DNA of 64,000 nt from Pirellulales bacterium (GTDB lineage: Bacteria > Planctomycetota > Planctomycetia > Pirellulales > UBA1268). Of the stretch, positions 52,790-61,456 are shown one piece after another. Both the position numbers and the translations under genes were made by a program. The stretch covers positions 1,806 through 65,805 of the forward strand of contig JBIIGJ010000003.1 of assembly GCA_044236455.1 (NCBI GenBank), read 5' to 3'. Position 1 is the stretch's first letter. Each line of letters begins with the position of its first letter. Under the pieces are notes generated by a model. It was not told the origin of the DNA. It did not search any database and was given only the letters and a program-made list of their open reading frames with translations.

Positions 52790-54580
52790 ATGACCATGGC
52801 AGCCGAAAAAACAATCGTCGTACTCGGGGCGGGAATCAACGGCGCCGCGATCGCCCGGGAACTCACGCTTTCGGGCGTGGGAGTGATCGTCGTCGACGGC
52901 GATGACATCGCGTCGGGCGCCACGGCCTGGTCGACCCGGCTCATCCACGGCGGCCTGCGGTATCTGGAATATGGAGAGATCGGCCTGGTCCGCGAGAGTC
53001 TTGCCGAACGTAACCGTCTCGTGCGGCTGGCGGCGCATCTCGTGCAGCCGCTGCCATTCTATCTTCCGGTGGAGGGGCGGTGGGGCGGTCTGTGGGCTGC
53101 CGGGGCACGGCTGGTCGGCTGGGAGTCGCTGGCCCGCGGCTGGCGGGGCCGGCGGGGACGGGGCAGTTGGACGGTGGGGGCGGGCCTCTCGCTCTACGAC
53201 CTGCTGGCGGCCGGCGCGGGCTGGCCGCGGCACCGCATGGTGCGGGCAGGTGGCGCGGGAATGCCGCAGATCGATCCACGCCTCTTTCCGCGCGCAGGCC
53301 TCTACTTCGATGCACAACTGCTCTTTCCAGAACGTTTCACGGTGGAGCTGCTCGTTGATGCCCGCGGCATCGCGGCGGCGGCGGGCACGCGGTTCGCGGT
53401 CTGCACCCAGCGGCAGGTGCGGCTCGGCCGCGACGGCATGCTCGCGATCGGTCCGTCGCCCGGCGGCAACGGCCCGCTGGAGGTGAGGGCCGACGCCATC
53501 GTGAATGCCACCGGCGCCTGGGTGGACCGCACGCTGGAGTCGTTGTTTCCGACGGCCGATGCCGCCGGCCGCCGACTCATTGGTGGCACGAAGGGGAGCC
53601 ACCTCGTGGTGAGATGTGCGGCGCTGCGGGGGGCGCTTGCCGACTACGGCGTCTATTGCGAGGCGACCGATGGCCGGCCCATCTTCGTGCTGCCGTTCGG
53701 GCCCGAACTCGTGCTCGTGGGCACCACGGACATTCCTTTCAGTGGCGATCCGGCGAAGGCGCGTGCCGACGAGGCGGAGATCGGCTATCTGCTCGCCGCG
53801 GTGGCACGGCTCTTTCCGATGGCGGCGGTGCGGCGCGACCATGTGCAGCAGCACTACTGCGGCGTGCGGCCGCTGCCTTGTGTTTCCGGCGATGCGCGGT
53901 CGCCGGCGGGGGTCACCCGGCGCCATCTGCTCGTGCGGCACGAAGATGCGTCGCTGCCGCTGTGGTCTATCGTGGGCGGCAAGCTCACCACCTGCCGCAG
54001 CCTCGCCGAAACGTCGGCAGCCACCGTGCTCGGCACGCTCGGAGTGCCGGTGCGGGCCACGTCGCGGGAGCGGCCGCTGCCGGGAAATTGTGCCGGTGCC
54101 TCTCGTGAGGCCGCGGCGATCGAGTGTCGTGGCCTGGCGGAACGGGCGGGCGTGCCGCAGTCCGATGCCGCCGCGGTGGCGGACAATACCGTCGCACTCT
54201 TCGGGGCACGCGCTGCGTCGGTGTGGCAGGGGGCGGAGGGGATGGCCGCGCGTGGGCAGGTGATTCGTGGCATCGGCCTGCCGGCTGCGGCGGTGGGGTT
54301 CTGCGTTCGTGAAGAGTGGGCCGCCACGCTCGAAGACCTGATCGAGCGGCGGCTGATGCTGTCGTTCCACGAGCGGCTCAGCCGCGAGGCGATCGCAGAC
54401 GTGGCCGAGTCGATGGTGGCGGTCGGTGCGTTGCCGCAGGATCGGATGGAGGCCGCCATCGACGGCTGCGTGACGAGATTGGAATCGCGGTATGGCCGCA
54501 ACGTGCCGCAGACGAACAGCGTGATGGGCCCGGCCGGCGGGGCCAGACAGGCCGAAAACATGAAGGGGAGCAAACGATGA
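52790..54580 (+). CDS. glpD: FAD-dependent glycerol-3-phosphate dehydrogenase
   Basis: The protein reads MTMAAEKTIVVLGAGINGAAIARELTLSGVGVIVVD (GxGxxG), then ..ASGATAWSTRLIHGGLRYLEYGE.., ..GGKLTTCRSLAE... It is ATGA-coupled to glpK. Confidence 0.9.
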   Translation: MTMAAEKTIVVLGAGINGAAIARELTLSGVGVIVVDGDDIASGATAWSTRLIHGGLRYLEYGEIGLVRESLAERNRLVRLAAHLVQPLPFYLPVEGRWGGLWAAGARLVGWESLARGWRGRRGRGSWTVGAGLSLYDLLAAGAGWPRHRMVRAGGAGMPQIDPRLFPRAGLYFDAQLLFPERFTVELLVDARGIAAAAGTRFAVCTQRQVRLGRDGMLAIGPSPGGNGPLEVRADAIVNATGAWVDRTLESLFPTADAAGRRLIGGTKGSHLVVRCAALRGALADYGVYCEATDGRPIFVLPFGPELVLVGTTDIPFSGDPAKARADEAEIGYLLAAVARLFPMAAVRRDHVQQHYCGVRPLPCVSGDARSPAGVTRRHLLVRHEDASLPLWSIVGGKLTTCRSLAETSAATVLGTLGVPVRATSRERPLPGNCAGASREAAAIECRGLAERAGVPQSDAAAVADNTVALFGARAASVWQGAEGMAARGQVIRGIGLPAAAVGFCVREEWAATLEDLIERRLMLSFHERLSREAIADVAESMVAVGALPQDRMEAAIDGCVTRLESRYGRNVPQTNSVMGPAGGARQAENMKGSKR

Positions 54581-56169
54581 CGGAAGCGAGACCAACCCAC
54601 ACCGGCATGAAGACCTGCATCCTCGCGCTCGATCAGGGCACGACGTCGAGCCGGGCGATCCTGTTCGATCGGCATGGTGCTCCGCTGGCGACGGCGCAGG
54701 AGGAGTTTCCCCAGATCACCCGAACCGTCGTCGGCGGGGCAGGGGGCGGCGCCGGAGGTGATGCCGGAGACCTGGCTATCGTCGAGCACGACCCGGAGGA
54801 TATCTGGCGGTCACAACTTGCCTGCGCCCGCCGCGTGCTCGAGTCGAGCGGCACGGCGCCGGAGCAGGTGGCCGCCATCGGCATTACCAACCAGCGGGAG
54901 ACGACGATCCTCTGGGATCGCATCACCGGCCGCCCCGTCGCGCCGGCGATCGTCTGGCAGAGCCGTGTCTCGGCACCTCTCTGCGATTCGCTCCGAGCGC
55001 GGGGAATCGAGGACGACGTTCGCTGCCGTACCGGCCTGCTCCTCGATCCCTATTTCTCAGCCACGAAGATCATGCATCTGCTGGAGACGATGCCGGGGCT
55101 GCGGAAGCGCTGCGAGGCGGGCGAGATCCTTTTCGGCACGGTCGACACCTTCCTGATCTGGCGGCTCACGGGTGGCCGCGTGCATGCCACGGATGTCACC
55201 AACGCCAGCCGCACGCTCCTCTTCGACATTCACCGGCTTGAGTGGAGCGAAGAACTCTGCGAGATCTTCGGCGTGCCGCGGGCGATCCTGCCGGAAGTGC
55301 GGCCGTCGAGCGGTTCGTTCGGCGAGGCCGACGCCGCGTGGCTGGGAGCGACGATCCCGATCGCGGGGTGTGCCGGCGACCAGCAGGCGGCGGCGTTTGG
55401 TCAGGGCTGCGTCCGGGCGGGCGATGCGAAAAATACGTACGGCACCGGCGCGTTCCTGATGTTCTCCACGGGGCATGAGCCTGTGGCCAGCCGCCACGGC
55501 CTGCTCACCACGCCAGCCTGCACGCTGGGGGGCAGCCCTGCGGCGGCCACTCCTGCCGCCGACTTTTTTCTCGAGGGGTCGGTCTTCGTGGCCGGCAGCC
55601 TCGTGGGCTGGCTGAGGGACGGGCTGGGGATGATCGGGCACGCCAGCGAGATCGAGCCGCTTGCTCGGAGCGTGGACGACACTGGCGGCGTGATGCTCGT
55701 GCCGGCGCTGACGGGACTGGGCGCGCCTCACTGGGATCCGTTCGCCCGGGGGCTCATCATCGGCCTCTCGCGGGCCACGACCCGCGGGCACATCGCCCGC
55801 GCGGCGCTCGAATCGATCGCCCTGTCGGTAGCCGACGTCGTCTCCTGCATGCAGCAGGATGCGGGCGTGAGCCTGGGCCGCCTCCGCGTCGACGGCGGCG
55901 CGAGCGCCAACGATCTGCTCATGCAGATGCAGGCTGACGTGCTCGGTCTGCCCGTGGAAAGGCCCGCGGTGCTCGAGACCACGAGCCTGGGGACAGCACT
56001 GCTGGCGGGCCTTGCGACGGGGTTTTTTTCCGATGCGGCCGCCGTGGACGAGGCACGACGGGTGGAGCGGGTCTTCGAGCCGCGATTGGCCGAAGCGGAC
56101 CGCACGCGGCTGCTCACGCAGTGGCGAAACGCCGTCGAACGCTGCCGCGGCTGGGCCAGGCTGCCGTGA
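54577..56169 (+). CDS. glpK: Glycerol kinase
   Basis: The protein carries ..ILALDQGTTSSRAILFD.., ..IGITNQRETTILWD.., ..DPYFSATKI.., ..GTVDTFLIWRLTGG..HATDVTNASRTLLF.., ..GDQQAAAFGQ.., ..KNTYGTGAF.., ..GLGAPHWDP.. and ..LRVDGGASAN... The start is either the ATG at 54577 (overlapping the glpD TGA) or 54607 (MKTCIL). Confidence 0.92.
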   Translation: MTEARPTHTGMKTCILALDQGTTSSRAILFDRHGAPLATAQEEFPQITRTVVGGAGGGAGGDAGDLAIVEHDPEDIWRSQLACARRVLESSGTAPEQVAAIGITNQRETTILWDRITGRPVAPAIVWQSRVSAPLCDSLRARGIEDDVRCRTGLLLDPYFSATKIMHLLETMPGLRKRCEAGEILFGTVDTFLIWRLTGGRVHATDVTNASRTLLFDIHRLEWSEELCEIFGVPRAILPEVRPSSGSFGEADAAWLGATIPIAGCAGDQQAAAFGQGCVRAGDAKNTYGTGAFLMFSTGHEPVASRHGLLTTPACTLGGSPAAATPAADFFLEGSVFVAGSLVGWLRDGLGMIGHASEIEPLARSVDDTGGVMLVPALTGLGAPHWDPFARGLIIGLSRATTRGHIARAALESIALSVADVVSCMQQDAGVSLGRLRVDGGASANDLLMQMQADVLGLPVERPAVLETTSLGTALLAGLATGFFSDAAAVDEARRVERVFEPRLAEADRTRLLTQWRNAVERCRGWARLP

Positions 56170-56172
56170 AGA

Positions 56173-58044
56173 TCAGCGTATGGCCTGACCGGCGGTCGGT
56201 GCCCGATTCTCGGCAACCAGGGCCCCGGACGTGTAACGCTGGGGGTTGGCAGCGAAGGCGTCGCGAGTGTCTGTCGATGAGAAGAGGTAGGTCCGCGACT
56301 GATAGGTAACGCCGTAGCGACGCTGGCCGGGCGTGCTCTTGCCGGTGTCGAACGCCAGAACGGGATCGTCGCCGGAGAGTGCCGGGGCATATCGGTCGGG
56401 GTCGGCCAGAAAGGCCTTCTGCTGTTCAGCAGTGGCGAAGAGATAGGTTCGACCGCGGTGCCTCGCGCCCCACTGGGCGCGGCCCTCGACCCACACGCCG
56501 CGTTCCGCGAGTGTGACGGGGCAGTAGCCTTCCAAGCCGACCGGCATGGAGCCGTAGGCGTCGGGCTCGACCGCCGGAGCCGCGGTGGCTGGAACCTGGG
56601 GCGCTGAACTGGAGGCGGTGATTGAATCCTGCGGAGCCGGCTTCGCTGTCGCAGGCTTTGAGAACATGCTGAAAGGTTTCTGCATGGCCGAGAGCAGTGA
56701 CGAACTGAAGCTGGTCGCCGGTTTCTGCGGTTTGGAATCGGCAACGGCGGTGGCCGAACCTGCGGTGACCGGCGGCTTTGGCGTCGTCGGTTGCGTTTCC
56801 GCTGGGGGCTGAGGAGCGGCTGGCGTCTTGGATGCCGCAAGCGGCTGGGAGACCGCAGGGCTCGCCGAGGCGGACGGTGCTGCCGGCGCGGCGGGAGCCA
56901 CCGCCACGGCTGCCGCGGGCGCCGGCTGCGCGGGGGAGGCCACCTGATCGCGCTGCGACCCGCCGAGCCAGGGGGCAGACTTGGAAGGAATGGTCGCGGG
57001 AGTGGTGGGCGAAGGCTCGATGCTCAGCGGCGTGTGCGCGACAGTGCTGCTCAGCGGTTCATTGAATGACGCTGCTGCGGGAGCGGTCGCTGCGTGATCG
57101 CTTGCTGCCAGCGTGGCCGGAGCTGCCGGAGCGGCGACCGGTGCCGTGGGCAGTTCGGCGGGGACTGCGGACGGAGCAGCCAACGCTGCGGTCGCTTCTG
57201 CTGCAGGCACGGCCGCCAGGGTGGTCGAACTGGCTGTCGGCTCTGGTGTCGCCCGCACGGCCGTTGGGGCGGTCGACAGAGGGGGCTCGCTGTCCCGGAA
57301 CGAGGCCGCGATAGCGTCGCTCGTGTTGGCGACCGGGGCGGAATTGTCACTGGCGAAGTCGGAAAGCATGCGGACCTTGGCGGCGACGGCCTTGATCGCG
57401 TGGCCGCCCGGCGGCACCGTGCCGCGTACTTCACCCCCCGTGTTCACACGCATGGCCTGGCCCACGTCGCCTCCGAAGGTCGGCAGTGCGCCTGATCCGC
57501 TTCCGGAGACGTCGGCATACTGCCGTAGGCTGGGCGAGGGCTCCGTCGTCTTGGCCTGAAACTGGGGCCGTGTCGCGGAGGCAAACGCCGCCTCCTGCGC
57601 AGCGCGGGCCGCTGACGCCACGAATCCGGCGGGCGTTTCGGGAAGTTCGAATGTCGATAGCACCTGCTCATTGGCCGTGAGGATGCAGGCGGTTGGCACC
57701 CGCGAAACGCCCAGGCGGCGCGTGGTCTCGGCGTTCGCATCGACATCCACGCACACCGGTTCGAAGCAGGCCGCGATGAGGGCAACGGCTTCGTCGCTGG
57801 CGAACGTTGTCCGGTCGAGATTCACGCTCGACGAACTCCAACTGGCGGTGAAAATCGCGAGCACTGGCCGTCGGCTGACCTCGGATGCACGGCGTGCGGC
57901 CGCGAGATCGGCATGCCATGCAACGGCGGCCGATGCGCTGACTGACCACGCAGACGACAACACCAGCAGGGCCACCATGGCCAGCAGGCGGTAGGTTCGA
58001 GCGGGGATTGGCATAGGAATCACCATGTAGGTCGGAAACATCAC
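56173..58044 (-). CDS. Secreted thioredoxin-fold protein (CxxC replaced by SSSS) with an Ala/Pro-rich linker and two C-terminal YHS-like modules
   Basis: The signal peptide is ..RTYRLLAMVALLVLSSAWSVSASA. The Trx-like block is RRPVLAIFTASWSSSSVNLD..VCVDVD..RLGVSRVPTACIL. A low-complexity A/P/T/S region of about 330 aa follows. The C-terminus reads GYCPVTLAERGVWVEG...RTYLFATAEQQKAFLADPDRYAP and a second unit ..YQSRTYLFSSTDTRDAFAANPQRY. Confidence 0.8.
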   Translation of the reverse strand: MMFPTYMVIPMPIPARTYRLLAMVALLVLSSAWSVSASAAVAWHADLAAARRASEVSRRPVLAIFTASWSSSSVNLDRTTFASDEAVALIAACFEPVCVDVDANAETTRRLGVSRVPTACILTANEQVLSTFELPETPAGFVASAARAAQEAAFASATRPQFQAKTTEPSPSLRQYADVSGSGSGALPTFGGDVGQAMRVNTGGEVRGTVPPGGHAIKAVAAKVRMLSDFASDNSAPVANTSDAIAASFRDSEPPLSTAPTAVRATPEPTASSTTLAAVPAAEATAALAAPSAVPAELPTAPVAAPAAPATLAASDHAATAPAAASFNEPLSSTVAHTPLSIEPSPTTPATIPSKSAPWLGGSQRDQVASPAQPAPAAAVAVAPAAPAAPSASASPAVSQPLAASKTPAAPQPPAETQPTTPKPPVTAGSATAVADSKPQKPATSFSSSLLSAMQKPFSMFSKPATAKPAPQDSITASSSAPQVPATAAPAVEPDAYGSMPVGLEGYCPVTLAERGVWVEGRAQWGARHRGRTYLFATAEQQKAFLADPDRYAPALSGDDPVLAFDTGKSTPGQRRYGVTYQSRTYLFSSTDTRDAFAANPQRYTSGALVAENRAPTAGQAIR

Positions 58045-58238
58045 TCCAGCCTCTGGGCCTCACGAGCTTTTGGGGCGCCCCCAGGTCCGGAAGATGTATC
58101 GGTCGAAACGGTCGCAGGAATCGCATCGAAAAAGCGGCCAGTATGGATTTGGAGCCGAAAAGCTCGCCTGAAAGTTCGCCATTTGCCCCATCTTGCCGCT
58201 TCGTGACTCCGGTCCAGTTTCCTGCGAATCCCCGCCGC

Positions 58239-58267
58239 TTGACATTCCGTGCGGGGCAGAAGATACT
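58239..58267 (+). promoter_or_regulatory. Sigma-70-like promoter candidate giving a ~410-nt rho leader
   Basis: TTGACA (58239-58244), a 17-nt spacer, then GATACT (58262-58267). It sits in a 639-bp non-coding gap that is visibly less GC-rich than its surroundings. Confidence 0.35.
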
Positions 58268-58471
58268 TCTGCCTGACACGTTGAGACAGGGTTTTTCAGC
58301 AGCGGCACAGCCGCCGTGTCGATCCCGAGGAATCTCAAAAAGATTTTTCGAGATAGAGGGCCTTGCAATGGCCCCCCCGGGATCTGCTTCCGGTTCTCAG
58401 ACGTTCACGTGGAGCGTCTGGACTCTGAAGCCTAGGGCCTTCGAGCCAAAACTCTTGGTTTGCTATCTGGT

Positions 58472-58516
58472 TGGATTGAAATCCGTTTGGATTGAGATCC
58501 GCTTTGATTGAAATCC
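58472..58516. repeat. Three phased copies (16-bp period) of a 12-13 bp palindrome in the rho leader
   Basis: The copies are TGGATTGAAATCC (58472-58484), TGGATTGAGATCC (58488-58500) and TTGATTGAAATCC (58504-58516). Each contains GGATT..AATCC inverted arms. Confidence 0.8.
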
Positions 58517-58683
58517 TTGAGGGGTTGGTTTTTGGGGCCGGTTTATCGAGTTCTCGTTCATCCAGGATCTCGTCTGTTCGGTCTTTTCGGCCGTCCTCAG
58601 CTTGACTGACCGCATGGTGCGGAGCGAGCGGACGGTGCGAACGGGTGTGGTCCGATCCTTTTTCCCCAGGGTGTGTTGTATCC

Positions 58684-60102
<1,419 letters not shown>

Positions 60103-60162
60103 AAGTCCGTCCCGGCGGTTTTCGGAAAAGGCAGCCGGCCGAAACAGCCGGTGCGCTCGTGA

Positions 60163-60375
60163 CTACTGCGCGTGTTGTTGAGGCGATACGGCCTTGAGTC
60201 GGTCGAGCCAGTAGGCGTATTGAGGGTCGCCGTTGCGGAAGGAAAACACGGCGTCGGGCAACCGCGATTCCTCCGGCCCTTCCGACCGCACCCTGACGAC
60301 GATTGCCCCATCGCCACGCTTTTCGATCGACAGACGGTGGTCGGGAATCAGGGAAGCTTCCGGCGGCGATGGCAT
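60163..60375 (-). CDS. Small hypothetical protein (70 aa), weakly supported
   Basis: I use the internal ATG (complement of 60373-60375) of ORF 60163..60540. The protein reads MPSPPEASLIPDHRLSIEKRGDGAIVVRVRSEGPEESRLPDAVFSFRNGDPQYAYWLDRLKAVSPQQHAQ. The longer 125-aa version would run through the AT-richer promoter-like region of the divergent gene. Confidence 0.35.
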   Translation of the reverse strand: MPSPPEASLIPDHRLSIEKRGDGAIVVRVRSEGPEESRLPDAVFSFRNGDPQYAYWLDRLKAVSPQQHAQ

Positions 60376-60504
60376 GTTGACCAGCCTTTGGCGGGCTTGG
60401 GTTTCGGGGCGTGCGATCCCAGCACGTCTTGCCCAAAGTATGACGTTCCCTCCTGGAGGAATCCAGCCGGGGGGCCAAGGACGCCGCCGGGATGCGGCGT
60501 TATT

Positions 60505-60534
60505 TTGACACTCCATAAACAGCATTCGTATACT
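60505..60534 (+). promoter_or_regulatory. Sigma-70-like promoter candidate for the gene at 60573
   Basis: TTGACA (60505-60510), an 18-nt spacer, then TATACT (60529-60534). GGAG lies at ~60560, about 10 nt before the ATG. Confidence 0.5.
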
Positions 60535-60572
60535 GGTCATTTCCGCCGAAGGTCCCCCCGGAGTTCACACGC

Positions 60573-61316
60573 ATGACGCAGTATGCGTCGCTTGCCGACG
60601 ATTTCTACGTCAACATGAATCTGGCCACGGAGATGGAACTTCCGGGCCAGCGGGAGACCGTTCTGCACTTCTTTGAGAGAGTGCAGAAGCGTTTTCCCTC
60701 CATGCGGAAGTTCTACTGCCGTGACAAGCGGGATTTCGTGCTGGAGGAGGACAAGGAACAGGGGCGGTATCGCTGGGCGGCGGTGGAGTCGAAACGGCTC
60801 TGCTCTGGCCAGGTGAATCCGCCTTCGCTCGAGGCAGTGCTCGAACAGCACCGCCTGGTTCTCGACCTGGCTCCGGCGTTCCTCTCGATCAGCCCGCTGG
60901 ATTGCGAGGCGCTTGATCTGCTGTTCGGCTTCGATTTCGCCTTCCGTGGCAACCACAACGCCCTGCTGGCAGAGGCTCTCGGCGTTGGGTCGGCATTCGA
61001 CCGGACGGCCGAACTGCCCGGCGGCCGCGTCATCAATTACGAGCCGTCCCTGACGATTTCTCTCGATGAAGACTGCCGGGTGCAGGTCCGCGTCAGCACC
61101 GAGACCAGGACCAACGCGTTTCAGGTCCGTACTGGTGACTTCGCCGAGGAGCAACTGAGCGTCTACGTGACGGCACGGCAGTACGGGAGTCTGGAACCCG
61201 GCACCACCTACGTGGAGGCGATGGACCGGCTGGCCACCCTGGCACGCGAGGTGGTGGATACCTGTGTGGTCGATCAGATCCTGCGGCCTCTCGCCCGGAC
61301 GATCTCGCTCAAATAG
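60573..61316 (+). CDS. Conserved-looking hypothetical protein (247 aa)
   Basis: The protein reads MTQYASLADDFYVNMNLATEMELPGQRETVLHFFERVQKRFPSMRKFY... It has a balanced globular composition, a good promoter and SD, and a clean stop. I recognise no motif. Confidence 0.75.
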   Translation: MTQYASLADDFYVNMNLATEMELPGQRETVLHFFERVQKRFPSMRKFYCRDKRDFVLEEDKEQGRYRWAAVESKRLCSGQVNPPSLEAVLEQHRLVLDLAPAFLSISPLDCEALDLLFGFDFAFRGNHNALLAEALGVGSAFDRTAELPGGRVINYEPSLTISLDEDCRVQVRVSTETRTNAFQVRTGDFAEEQLSVYVTARQYGSLEPGTTYVEAMDRLATLAREVVDTCVVDQILRPLARTISLK

Positions 61317-61456
61317 TATCGTGGAAAAGCCATCCATGGCCTTTTCCACTCGACGTGGCGAACATCGTGTTCGCCGTATCGTGGAAAGCCATCCATGGCC
61401 TTTTCCACTCGGCGTGGCGAACATCGTGCTTTGCCGGATCGTGGAAAAGCCTTGCC
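61317..61456. repeat. Tandem ~60-bp repeat (2.3 units), each unit carrying a 9-bp-stem hairpin, in a convergent gene gap
   Basis: Unit 1 is 61317-61376, unit 2 is 61377-61435 (1-nt deletion plus a few substitutions), and a partial unit 3 starts at 61436. The unit is TATCGTGGAAAAGCCATCCATGGCCTTTTCCACTCGACGTGGCGAACATCGTGTTCGCCG. The hairpin is GTGGAAAAG..CTTTTCCAC. The repeat begins right after the TAG of the + gene and ends at the stop of the - gene. Confidence 0.9.

Noticed and set aside
52751-54595. The N-terminal ~615 aa of the 994-aa minus-strand ORF 51611..54595.
   Set aside because: This part is antisense to glpD (clear FAD-dependent G3P dehydrogenase motifs) and is Arg/Pro/His-rich. 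Only the C-terminal 379 aa, outside glpD, look like a real protein.
60376-60540. The N-terminal extension of ORF 60163..60540 (the 125-aa version).
   Set aside because: The extension runs through the AT-richer TTGACA/TATACT promoter region of the divergent gene and encodes an implausible peptide (MTSIRMLFMECQNNAASRRRPWPPGW..). I kept only the 70-aa version, at low confidence.
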